A DNA stretch of 64,000 nt. Origin: Casimicrobiaceae bacterium (GTDB lineage Bacteria; Pseudomonadota; Gammaproteobacteria; Burkholderiales; Casimicrobiaceae). Location of the stretch: positions 13,199-77,198 of the forward strand of contig DASZIB010000059.1 of NCBI GenBank assembly GCA_035937415.1, read 5' to 3'. Position numbers and translations under genes: made by a program. Below the pieces are notes generated by a model, which was not told where the DNA came from, did no database searches, and was given only the letters and a program-made list of their open reading frames with translations. Positions 34,767 to 43,639 of the stretch are shown here, in pieces (the first letter of the stretch is position 1; each line of letters begins with the position of its first letter).

Positions 34767-36581
34767 CTAGCGCACCACGTCGTAGTACTTCCACTGATGG
34801 CGCAAGAATGGGCTCTGCTTGTAGCCCTTGAGCCATGGCTGCGCGATTACGTTAGCGTAGCGGTTCATGCCGAGCAGCCACGGCGTGTAGCTCAGGACGA
34901 GTTCGGTCATGCGGCGATAGAGGGCGGTGCGTTCGGGGCCGTCCGGCAGGAGCATTGCCGCTTCATAGGCTTCGTCGTACGCCGGCAGGCGGAAGCGCGC
35001 GTCATTCTGGGTGCCAATAGTCTTGCTGTAGAGCGGCGTCGCGAACGGCTCCGGATCGGGCACCGCGCTTATCCATGACAACCCCCACATCTGCAGTTGG
35101 CCGGCCTCCGACATCTTGTTGAGCTCGGGCCACTTCTGCGAGAAGAAGGCCATGCGAATTCCGATCGCGTCCATGTTCTTCTTCCACAATTCGTTTTCGG
35201 TGCGATCGATGGCGGCGGGCGTCGATGCCTTGGTGATGGTGAGTTGCTTGCCGTCGGGTGTCTCACGGTAGCCATCGCCGTCCCGGTCCTTGTAGCCGAA
35301 CCGGTCGAGCAACGCGCGCGCAGCGGCGGGATCGTAGCCATTTTTCGGGACGAGCGCCGGGTCGTGCCCCGGAACGCCTGGCGGAACCAGCTGCGACGCG
35401 AGCTTGCCCTGGCCATGGCGCAGCACGGCGATCTCTTCCTGACGGTTGTAGCCCATGGCGATTGCGCGTCGCAGGGCGATCTTCTCCGGCGTGTAGCCGC
35501 CAACGACCGGATCGTCCATATTGAAGAACGCGAACGTCAGCGACGGCTCCGTCTGCCGGTGCAGCACGGTGCTGCGCCTGGCGTAGACCGGGAGCAGCGT
35601 GTCCCCTGCCAGCACATTGTCGGCAATCCCTGCGCTCAACTCGAGGTAGTCGAGCGCCCCGCTATCGAACGTGAGCAGCCGCGGCAACTCCTCTTCGATG
35701 ATGCTCACCTCGACGCGGCCGATGATCGGCAGCTTCTTCCCGGCGTTCGGCTGCGCAACCGCCGCATCACCCGGTTCGCTCCCGGCGCCCGGAACCGGAT
35801 AGGTCTCGTCGCGATATCCCGGGTTCGCTTCGAGGACGATCTTCTGCCCGCGTACCCAATCCTTCAGCCGGTAGGGACCGGTCCCTACCGGATGCTCCAT
35901 CACGCGATTCGATGAGTCCCTGTAGGTCTCGACCACCTCGCGGGCGACCGCAGCGAGGCCATCGTAGGTGAGCCAGTGTTGAAAGGCGTAGAAGGAGTCT
36001 TTGAAGCGAAGGCGCAACGTGTAACGGTCGAGGACCTGCAACCCCTCGATCCTCTGATCGTAGTCGAAGCGACCCACCTTGCGGGCGCGCTTCAGCGCGT
36101 CGTCGAGACCGACCAGCCGCCGCTCGAAGATATACAGCCAGTACGACCGTACCTTCGGATCGAAAATGCGCTTGATGCTGTATGCGTAATCCTCCGCGAC
36201 GAGCTCGCGCGGGTGGCCCTTGAACGCCGGATCGTCGGCGAAATAGATGCCGGGGCGGACCTTGACGGTAAACGTGCGGCCGCCATCACTGATCTCGGGC
36301 GGGCCAGCGGCGGTATTGGGAACCAGGCGCTCGGGACGCGCGAAATAGTCGTAGGTGTAGAGCGGGTCGAAGATCGCGTGGCAGACATCGAAGGAATAGG
36401 TGTCGTAGACCGCTTGCGGATCGAAACCGTTTTCGGCGACCGCAAACGCGACGTGCAACGTCTTTTTCATATCGGCCGCATGACTCGGCACGACGCCCAG
36501 GCCAAGCACGATCGCCGCGATGAGCAGCATGCGCCGGCCGCACGCGGTCGGTACGGGCGGGGCGCGACCCAGACGCGTCAT
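34767..36581 (-). CDS. ABC transporter substrate-binding protein, family 5 (peptide/opine/nickel type)
   Basis: ATG 36581 overlaps the aminotransferase stop (ATGA). Signal peptide MTRLGRAPPVPTACGRRMLLIAAIVLGLGVVPSHA, then the typical SBP5 N-terminus (TLHVAF...ENGFDPQ...YDTYS...IFDPLYTYDY). Confidence 0.85.
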   Translation of the reverse strand: MTRLGRAPPVPTACGRRMLLIAAIVLGLGVVPSHAADMKKTLHVAFAVAENGFDPQAVYDTYSFDVCHAIFDPLYTYDYFARPERLVPNTAAGPPEISDGGRTFTVKVRPGIYFADDPAFKGHPRELVAEDYAYSIKRIFDPKVRSYWLYIFERRLVGLDDALKRARKVGRFDYDQRIEGLQVLDRYTLRLRFKDSFYAFQHWLTYDGLAAVAREVVETYRDSSNRVMEHPVGTGPYRLKDWVRGQKIVLEANPGYRDETYPVPGAGSEPGDAAVAQPNAGKKLPIIGRVEVSIIEEELPRLLTFDSGALDYLELSAGIADNVLAGDTLLPVYARRSTVLHRQTEPSLTFAFFNMDDPVVGGYTPEKIALRRAIAMGYNRQEEIAVLRHGQGKLASQLVPPGVPGHDPALVPKNGYDPAAARALLDRFGYKDRDGDGYRETPDGKQLTITKASTPAAIDRTENELWKKNMDAIGIRMAFFSQKWPELNKMSEAGQLQMWGLSWISAVPDPEPFATPLYSKTIGTQNDARFRLPAYDEAYEAAMLLPDGPERTALYRRMTELVLSYTPWLLGMNRYANVIAQPWLKGYKQSPFLRHQWKYYDVVR

Positions 36582-37771
36582 CGACGAACGAGGAACTCGC
36601 GCAGCCGTCCGACGCCTTCGCGCAGACGCTCGGGGCTGGCGGCGAAGCACCAGCGCAGGAAGCCTTCGCCTTCGGGCCCGAATGCACTGCCGGGCGCGAG
36701 ACCCAGCCGTGCCTCGCGCACAAGACGCTTGCAGAACGCAAGACTGTCGCGGACGCCGGCGACGCGGAAGAACACGTACATTGCACCGGCCGGCAGCGCG
36801 GCTTCGACGCCGTCGATCACTGCCAGCTCGCGCACGAGCATGTCGCGCGCCGCGTGGAAGCGCTCGAGTGTGTGCGCGACGGTCGGTTCGCCGTCGCGCA
36901 CAGCGACTACACCCGCGCGCTGCACGAATACCGGGGAACAGGAGGTGTTGTATTCGATAAGCTTGCCCAGGTCGGGCATCAGCGCCGGTGGCGCGACGAT
37001 CCAGCCCAGGCGCCAGCCCGTCATCAGCCATGCTTTCGAAAAACTATTGGTGTTCACGAGACGATCGGCTGGATCGGCGAGGTCGCGGAAAGACGGCGCG
37101 CAGCCCACGCCAGCGTAGAACAGCCGCTCGTAGACGTCGTCGGCAATCACCCAGATGCCATGGCGGCGGCAATGCTCGAGGATCGTGCGCTGATCGTCGC
37201 GTTCGAGTGTCCACCCGGTTGGATTGTTTGGCGAGTTGATCAGCAGCACCCGCGTGGCAGGGGTCAGCGCGTCGAGCAGTCGATCGACGTCGAGCCGCCA
37301 CCCGTCGCTGCCGAACTGGAGCCCGACGCGCACGACTTCGGCACCGAGGATTTTGGGAATCTCAGTCAGATTCGGCCATAACGGCGTCACGCCAACGACA
37401 CGATCACCGGGATCGAGGAGCGCCTCCATGGTGAGCATCAATGCCGACATACCTGACGCGGTGACGGCGACGTTCTCGACGGCGATCGGGCGATGGAGTC
37501 GCGACACGTAGGCGGCGAGTTCGGCACGTAGCTCGGGAATCCCGAAATTGTGCGTATAGAAGGTTTCGCCGGCCCCGAGCGAGGCAACGGCCGCCTCGCG
37601 GATGTACGCTGGCGTCACCGCGTCGGGTTCGCCGAACCAGAACGGCAGGATGTCGGATTCGCCCAGGCCGGCGTTGGCGACCTCCCGGATCTGCGAGGCG
37701 ATCAGCGCGCGCACAGCGTGGCGCGCGTCGGTAGTGAAACCGGTAGCGGCAGAGGGTGAGCGGTCGTTCAT
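36578..37771 (-). CDS. Pyridoxal-phosphate-dependent aminotransferase, class I/II
   Basis: INSPNNPTGW, and the PLP lysine in NSFSKAWLMTGWRLGW. 397 aa. Confidence 0.88.
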   Translation of the reverse strand: MNDRSPSAATGFTTDARHAVRALIASQIREVANAGLGESDILPFWFGEPDAVTPAYIREAAVASLGAGETFYTHNFGIPELRAELAAYVSRLHRPIAVENVAVTASGMSALMLTMEALLDPGDRVVGVTPLWPNLTEIPKILGAEVVRVGLQFGSDGWRLDVDRLLDALTPATRVLLINSPNNPTGWTLERDDQRTILEHCRRHGIWVIADDVYERLFYAGVGCAPSFRDLADPADRLVNTNSFSKAWLMTGWRLGWIVAPPALMPDLGKLIEYNTSCSPVFVQRAGVVAVRDGEPTVAHTLERFHAARDMLVRELAVIDGVEAALPAGAMYVFFRVAGVRDSLAFCKRLVREARLGLAPGSAFGPEGEGFLRWCFAASPERLREGVGRLREFLVRR

Positions 37772-37880
37772 CGGCGCTAGGATAGCAAAAGGGACAAGAG
37801 AACTTGCCCTCGAGCACCGCTGAGCCGGCGTTGGCCGTGGCCGGACCTGCGGCGCGGCACGCGCAGGGCGCTGCTATACT

Positions 37881-38120
37881 TTGCGCGCACTACTTCGCAA
37901 CGCTGGCGCCTACGCCGTGCTCTCCTTAATCGTTCGATTGCTCGCGATCGCCGTCTGTGGCGGCAGCGGCGGGCTACTTGCCTGGGTGATCGTGTCCGCA
38001 CTGGGCGTAACCGGCGTCGGTGGAGCGATCGCCGGCGCCGTGATCGGGATGGTCCTGGCCACGCTGCTCTGGGCCTGCGGTATCGCGCTCATCAACGCGC
38101 TGAAGCTCGACCGTTCGTAA
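37881..38120 (+). CDS. Possible small two-TM membrane protein
   Basis: 79-codon ORF with a TTG start and Gly-zipper-like hydrophobic segments (LLAWVIVSALGVTGVGGAIAGAVIGMVLATLLWACGIAL). Third-position G/C looks coding-like. I see no recognisable family. Confidence 0.4.
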   Translation: MRALLRNAGAYAVLSLIVRLLAIAVCGGSGGLLAWVIVSALGVTGVGGAIAGAVIGMVLATLLWACGIALINALKLDRS

Positions 38121-38248
38121 GACCTGGTTCTGGCAGCGCCCGTACCCAGTTCTTCCCCGGAGAAGACCCAGCGAGCCCCGGCCCCTCGCGCAACTCCGAC
38201 GCGACCACGCGTCGGCGCCAAGGACACTTTGAACGGGAAGCCAAAATC

Positions 38249-38362
38249 ATGGGCGGCATCGTAGTGCTGATTGCGCTGATGGTCGTGGTGGGGATACTAC
38301 GGGGTCGATTTTTCATCGGCGCTATGACCCGGGCCGCCGACCGGGGAAGACTCGGCCGGTGA
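38249..38362 (+). CDS. Candidate micro-ORF (37 aa, one TM + basic tail)
   Basis: ATG preceded by GGGAAG 9 nt upstream. It encodes MGGIVVLIALMVVVGILRGRFFIGAMTRAADRGRLGR. GC-rich hairpins follow (38361-38381, 38393-38408). Confidence 0.25.
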   Translation: MGGIVVLIALMVVVGILRGRFFIGAMTRAADRGRLGR

Positions 38363-38443
38363 TGCGCGGCGCTGCCGCATCCTTGCGGCGCATGCCGGAC
38401 GCGCATCCGGCCGATCGGTCCTCCCCGCTCGGCGGCGTTTGAG

Positions 38444-38584
38444 CTAAACCACCGCGAACACCGCGAGCCCGAGCAGAACGCTCGCGGCGACGCCAATGAC
38501 CAGACTCTGTATCGCCAGCAGCGCAAAATCACGCCACACGCGTGAGTTGAGAGCGGTGGCGAGGGCACGGTCAGTGCTTGGCAT
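38444..38584 (-). CDS. Candidate micro-ORF (46 aa, one TM)
   Basis: ATG preceded by GGAG about 8 nt upstream. It encodes MPSTDRALATALNSRVWRDFALLAIQSLVIGVAASVLLGLAVFAVV. It is convergent with the 38249 micro-ORF. Confidence 0.3.
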   Translation of the reverse strand: MPSTDRALATALNSRVWRDFALLAIQSLVIGVAASVLLGLAVFAVV

Positions 38585-38937
38585 GATAGGGCTCCGGCAG
38601 AAAAATCGCGGTCCAAACCCGGCGCGGGCGGAGCGTCCGCTCCTGCCCGTCTATCGCGCAGAGCAACGTGCCGCGCCGCGCAACGGCAGGCGAAGTACGG
38701 TGCCGGCAGCGGAACCCCCGCGCGCAGCGCGCGACGCAATCGAGGTAGGCATGGGTTGCGTTTTTCACCGGCGGCTCCGAGGTCTCCAGTTGAACCTGGC
38801 GGGATGGCGCAGTACGGTATCCAAAGGTGGCGCGCCGGCGAAGAATGATGGCGAAAACATGGCAAACCCCCGAAGCGCCGCGGCGTCGGCGCCCGGTGCG
38901 CTATAGTCGGCCGTCGCCTTGCCAACCCGGACCGGTC

Positions 38938-39633
38938 ATGAGCCGCCGCATCGCCATCGTCGAGGACGAGCCCGCGATCCGCGGGAATTACGCGGACGTC
39001 CTGCGCAAGCAGGGCTACGAGGTCGCCGCGTATGGCAACCGCGCAGACGCGCTCGCTGCGTTCCGTACGCGGCTTCCCGACCTCGCGGTCATCGACATCG
39101 GGCTTGCCGACGACATCGACGGCGGCTTCGCGCTGTGCCGGGAGCTGCGTGCGCTGTCGCCGACGGTTCCGATAATCTTCCTCTCCGCGCGCGATTCCGA
39201 TTTCGACATCGTCGCCGGCCTGCGTCTGGGTGCCGATGACTACCTGACCAAGGACGTCAGCCTGCCGCACTTGAGCGCGCGCATCGCGGCGCTGTTCCGG
39301 CGCAGCGATCTGCTCGCCGCGCCGCCGGCGTCAGAGGACATGATCGAGCGCGGTGCGCTGGCGCTGGACCTGAAACGGCTGACCGCCAACTGGTCGGGTC
39401 AGCGCGTCGAGCTGACGCTGACCGAATTCTGGATGGTGCACGCGCTCGCCCGCTTTCCCGGACACGTCAAGGATCGCGACAGTTTGATGCGGGACGCCAA
39501 GATCGTCGTCGACGACAGCACGATCACTTCGCACATCAAGCGTATCCGCAAGAAATTTCTCGCGCTCGATTCAAGGTTCGATTGCATCGCAACGGTCTAC
39601 GGCATGGGCTACCGCTGGAACTCTGCGGAATAA
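38938..39633 (+). CDS. OmpR/PhoB-family response regulator
   Basis: Receiver domain (IAIVEDEP...DLAVIDIGL...) and winged-helix output (TLTEFWMVHALARFPG...GMGYRW). ATG 38938. A TATAGT -10-like box lies at 38902-38907. Confidence 0.9.
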   Translation: MSRRIAIVEDEPAIRGNYADVLRKQGYEVAAYGNRADALAAFRTRLPDLAVIDIGLADDIDGGFALCRELRALSPTVPIIFLSARDSDFDIVAGLRLGADDYLTKDVSLPHLSARIAALFRRSDLLAAPPASEDMIERGALALDLKRLTANWSGQRVELTLTEFWMVHALARFPGHVKDRDSLMRDAKIVVDDSTITSHIKRIRKKFLALDSRFDCIATVYGMGYRWNSAE

Positions 39634-39651
39634 GTGGCGATGTGCTGATCA

Positions 39652-41307
39652 ATGAACGGACCGCGCATCGCGCTGGGCATCCGCGCGCAGCTGCTGCTCG
39701 TGCTGACGGTGTTCCTGGCGATACCCTGGCTCGGCTACGAGTACGTGCGCGAGCTCGAGCGGTTCTTGCGCGACACGCAAGAACGCACACTGGCCGGGAC
39801 GGCGCAGGCGGTGGCCACCGCTTTGCACGATCGGCCGCGGCTGTTCGAGACGCCTGCAGCGGTGCTGGAATCGCTGCGTTCCAGCCGTGCCAGCGACGAC
39901 GGTGCGGCGTCCCCTGGCCTGGCTGCGGGCGCGGCAGCGGCGGCGCCGGAAATCAATCAGATCATTCACGGCCTGTCCCGCACCACGGCCCGTATCTGGG
40001 TCGTGGACCGAGAGCAGAACGTGCTCGCGCGCGCCGGCAGCCTGAGGCGTGCGGAACCTCCGGCCGACGATTCCCAGACAGGGCCGGGCGCGCCGTTCGC
40101 GCGTCCTGGGCAATGGCTCGAACGGGAAATCCTGCAGCCCCTTTATGCACGCGTGCTGCCACAGTCAAGCGAAGACTTCGGTGATGAGCGCGCGGGCCGA
40201 ACGGGCGCCGCCGGCAAGGATGTCGAAGGCGCCCTTGCGGGCATCCTGACCGTCGCACGCCGTCCGACTGCAGACGGCAAGGCGGTGATCGTGTCAGCGG
40301 CGCACCCGATCTGGGTCGGCGACGAAGTGAAGGGTGCGGTCATTGTCGAAGAGACGACTAATGCGGTGCTTGCCGAGCGCAACCGTGCTTTTGCGCGCCT
40401 GTTCAACATCGTGCTCGCGGCGCTGCTTATCGGCTCGGTTGCGCTAACGCTGTATGCATCGTGGCTGTCAACGCGGATCCGCCGCCTTCGCGACGAGGCA
40501 GAGGCGGCGATCGACGCGCAGGGCCGGGTGCGCGGAGTGGTCGCCGGCTCGAGCGCCGGCGACGAAATCGGCGACCTGTCGCGGAGCTTTGGCAGCGCGC
40601 TCGCGCGCCTGGCGCAGTACGCCAGCTATCAGGAGGCGATGGCGAGCCGGTTGTCGCACGAGCTGCGCACCCCGATCGCGGTGGTGCGTTCGTCGCTCGA
40701 TGCGCTGCGGATGCAGCCGCTACCTGACGATGCACGCGTCTATATGGAGCGGGCGCAGCAGGGTCTGAACCGCCTCGCGCACATACTGACCCGTATGACC
40801 GAGGCGGCGCGGCTGGAGCAGAGCCTCGCCGATGCGGAGCGGGAGCGGTTCGATCTGGTGCGCGTCATCGCCGGTTGTGTCGACGGCTATCGCGCGGCAT
40901 ATCCGGAACAGGCGATCGAGCTCAGCCTCCCCGCGGAAACGGTTTTCCTCGAGGGCGCGCCCGAACTCGTTGCGCAGATGCTTGACAAGCTCGTTGCCAA
41001 TGCGGTCGAGTTCGCAACACCCGGCACGCCGGTAAGCGTCGCGCTCGAGCGGGACGTCCTGGGGGTTCGGCTGAGCGTCGCCAATCGCGGGCCGCTTTTG
41101 CCGCCGAACATGCACGGCCGGCTCTTCGACTCCATGGTGTCGGTCCGGACCGAGCAATCCGGCGCGAAGCCGCACCTCGGGCTTGGGCTCTACATTGTGC
41201 GGCTGATCGCCGAATTCCACGGCGGACGCGCCACCGCCGCGGACCGCACCGATATTCCGGGCGTGGTCGTCAGTGTTGTCCTGCCACTGGTCCGCGCTGT
41301 GCGCTGA
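39652..41307 (+). CDS. Sensor histidine kinase (two TM, periplasmic domain, HAMP, HisKA, HATPase)
   Basis: H-box SHELRTPIAVVRSSL, N-box LVANAVEF, G-boxes GLGLYIVRLIAEFHGG. It starts 18 nt after the response regulator. Confidence 0.9.
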   Translation: MNGPRIALGIRAQLLLVLTVFLAIPWLGYEYVRELERFLRDTQERTLAGTAQAVATALHDRPRLFETPAAVLESLRSSRASDDGAASPGLAAGAAAAAPEINQIIHGLSRTTARIWVVDREQNVLARAGSLRRAEPPADDSQTGPGAPFARPGQWLEREILQPLYARVLPQSSEDFGDERAGRTGAAGKDVEGALAGILTVARRPTADGKAVIVSAAHPIWVGDEVKGAVIVEETTNAVLAERNRAFARLFNIVLAALLIGSVALTLYASWLSTRIRRLRDEAEAAIDAQGRVRGVVAGSSAGDEIGDLSRSFGSALARLAQYASYQEAMASRLSHELRTPIAVVRSSLDALRMQPLPDDARVYMERAQQGLNRLAHILTRMTEAARLEQSLADAERERFDLVRVIAGCVDGYRAAYPEQAIELSLPAETVFLEGAPELVAQMLDKLVANAVEFATPGTPVSVALERDVLGVRLSVANRGPLLPPNMHGRLFDSMVSVRTEQSGAKPHLGLGLYIVRLIAEFHGGRATAADRTDIPGVVVSVVLPLVRAVR

Positions 41308-43495
41308 GCGGCGCTCGCGGGATCCCGTTGGCCCCGACAGGCGCAGTCGCGGACAGAGCGGTCATGCCGAGCTGGTCGACGAGGAACGCATAGACGTCCG
41401 CCTCTTCCTCGATCCGCGTCGATAGCGCGGTGCCGATGCCGTGCCCGGCCGCCGCTTCGGTGCGCAGCAGGATCGGGTTGGAGGAGGAGCTTGCCGCCTG
41501 CAGCCGTGCCGTCATCTTTCGCGACTCGTAGGGAGCCACGCGCCCATCGTTCTCGCCACTGGTGAACAGAACGGCCGGATAAGCTACGCCGTCGCGGGCG
41601 TTGGCAAAGGGCGAGTACGCATACAGCGCACGAAACTGCTCGGGATCCTTGATCGAGCCGAACTCGGTTACGTTGAACGCGCCGTTGGGTTGCAGCTCCC
41701 AGCGCAGCGGGTCGTAGATGCCGACCTCGCTGACGACCGCGCGCAGCAGTTGCGGGTGCTGGACCAGCGTGGCGCCCATCAGTAGACCACCGTTGCTGCC
41801 GCCCATGATCGCGGCCTTGTCGGGGCGCGTGTAGCCGCGGTCGATCAGCAATTGCAGGCACGCCGCGAAGTCGTCGAAGACGTTTTGCTTTTTCGTGAGG
41901 TTCCCCGCCAGATGCCACGGCTCGCCGTATTCGCCGCCGCCGCGTACGTTGCCGACCGCGTACACCCCGCCATAGTCGAGCCAAAGCCGCAGCAAGGGTG
42001 AGAAATAGGGACTCATGCTGATGCCGTAGCCACCGTAGCCGTACAGAAGCACCGGGTTGCTGCCGTCTCGACGCACGCCCTTGCGGGCGACGATCGTGAC
42101 CGGCACTCGCGTACCGTCCTTCGAAACCGCGAATTCGCGTTCGACCACGGCGTCGTCCAGATTGAACGAATAGCGGCCGCTGAGCTCGGTGGGAACCAGG
42201 CGATTCGAGCGCGGCTCGTAGCGCGAGACAGCTCTCGGCTGGACGTAGCTCACACTGCTGACCAGCACGGCATCGCCGTCGAGCCGGGCCAAGACCTCGA
42301 CGTCGGCCACTGGCGCGGTGGCCAGCTGGCGTAGGAACGTGCCTGCCAGCGAGTAAACGCGCACGACTGACGGGCCGCCGTCGCGATAGGTCACATAGAG
42401 GCGCGAGCGCGTCGGCTGCACGTCTTCGGCAACGATCTTGCCTTCCGGAACCACGACCTTGGCGGCGGCCACCGTGGGTTGGCGCAGGGGAATCGCGATG
42501 ATGCGGCCGAGGAGTGCGTCCTTGATACTGAGTCCGTAGAGCTTGCCGTCCTCGCCGAAGGCGAGATGCTTGATCCCATCCTTGAACCCCGCAACCGCGT
42601 GCCAACGGCCCGTCGTGTCACGCAGCTGGTAGGCAATCTCGCCGCCATCGCCATTGCGGACCACCGCGAGCAGATAGCGGCCGTCGCTGCTGCCTTTGAG
42701 CTCGATCTCGGCGATGCGGGGGAAATCATCGCCGATGACATAAGGGTCGCTGGCTACCGGTGTGCCGAGCCGGTGGAAGTAGACCCGCTGGAAGAAATGT
42801 CGATCCTCAGGCGGCCGCTCGTCGCCGCGAGGATAACGCGTGTAGTAGAAACCACTGCCGTCGGCATTCCATTCGACGCTGCCGCCGGCCGTCGGATAGT
42901 TCACGCCTGGAATGACCTCATCGAGGCGACGGCCGGACGCGACGTCGTAGACATACGCCGTGCCGTCCTCGCTGCCATTGATCGAAAGCGATACCACGAC
43001 GTGGCTGCCGTCGTAGGAGGGACGGAAAAAATCGATTGCCGTACGACCCGACGGGTCGAGCACATTGGGATCGAGCACAACGCGCTCGGCGCGCGTGTCG
43101 CCGGTGACGGGCAGGGTCACCAGCATCGGCTGATTCTTCGGCGGCTGCACTTTCAGTGCGAACAAACGGTGACGGTACTCAAAGTCGTACCGCCGCACCG
43201 GCGCCGTACGCAACAGGTTGCCGACCCGCGCCGCAATCTCGGCACGTTGCGGCAGCGCATCGAGATAGCGGCGCGTAAGCGCATTCTGGTCGGCAATCCA
43301 GTGCTTGACTTCGGGGCTGTCGTCATCCTCGAGCCAGCGATAGGTGTCGATCACCGGTACGCCATGATACGTATCGGTTACGGGACTCTTCACAGTCGGC
43401 GGATAGTCCAATCCGGCGGGGCCGGCAAAGGCGCTCGCCGTGGCGAACGCCAACCCCAAGCCGCACAACGCCAAGCGACCGTATGTCATGACCAT
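41270..43495 (-). CDS. Prolyl oligopeptidase (S9A family serine peptidase), secreted
   Basis: ATG 43495 with signal peptide MVMTYGRLALCGLGLAFATASAFA. N-terminus VTDTYHGVPVIDTYRWLED. Catalytic GGSNGGLL. The 3' end overlaps the convergent kinase gene by 38 nt. Confidence 0.9.
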   Translation of the reverse strand: MVMTYGRLALCGLGLAFATASAFAGPAGLDYPPTVKSPVTDTYHGVPVIDTYRWLEDDDSPEVKHWIADQNALTRRYLDALPQRAEIAARVGNLLRTAPVRRYDFEYRHRLFALKVQPPKNQPMLVTLPVTGDTRAERVVLDPNVLDPSGRTAIDFFRPSYDGSHVVVSLSINGSEDGTAYVYDVASGRRLDEVIPGVNYPTAGGSVEWNADGSGFYYTRYPRGDERPPEDRHFFQRVYFHRLGTPVASDPYVIGDDFPRIAEIELKGSSDGRYLLAVVRNGDGGEIAYQLRDTTGRWHAVAGFKDGIKHLAFGEDGKLYGLSIKDALLGRIIAIPLRQPTVAAAKVVVPEGKIVAEDVQPTRSRLYVTYRDGGPSVVRVYSLAGTFLRQLATAPVADVEVLARLDGDAVLVSSVSYVQPRAVSRYEPRSNRLVPTELSGRYSFNLDDAVVEREFAVSKDGTRVPVTIVARKGVRRDGSNPVLLYGYGGYGISMSPYFSPLLRLWLDYGGVYAVGNVRGGGEYGEPWHLAGNLTKKQNVFDDFAACLQLLIDRGYTRPDKAAIMGGSNGGLLMGATLVQHPQLLRAVVSEVGIYDPLRWELQPNGAFNVTEFGSIKDPEQFRALYAYSPFANARDGVAYPAVLFTSGENDGRVAPYESRKMTARLQAASSSSNPILLRTEAAAGHGIGTALSTRIEEEADVYAFLVDQLGMTALSATAPVGANGIPRAPLSAQRGPVAGQH

Positions 43496-43639
43496 AGGAT
43501 GTCTCGCAACGCGCAGCCGTGGCTGCGGAAGGGCAAATTTTACACGCTTCGACCGGGACGGCGACCCAAGCTCGGTGCGGGCGCAACAATCGGAGATAAT
43601 AGCGCTCGCCTGTCGCACCCATATCCTGATCGTTAACCC

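Noticed and set aside
38571-38768. 65-codon Arg/Cys-rich ORF (GTG start) overlapping the start of the 46-codon micro-ORF
   Set aside because: It is highly basic and Arg-rich, has no RBS and has a GTG start. Its composition is indistinguishable from spurious frames here. I mention it only because it would form a two-gene micro-operon if real.
38092-39270. 392-aa minus-strand ORF spanning the gene-poor gap and the response-regulator gene
   Set aside because: Its 5' part is antisense to a response regulator with textbook receiver motifs. The remainder is Arg/Pro/Ala-rich with no recognisable domain. I treat it as a GC artefact.
38938-41307. Assigning the two-component pair to a named system (e.g. 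the proteobacterial dedicated sortase regulators PdsR/PdsS, or ChvGI)
   Set aside because: My only basis is a vague resemblance of the kinase N-terminus. No sortase, sortase target or other marker genes are nearby. The pair is left as a generic OmpR-family pair.
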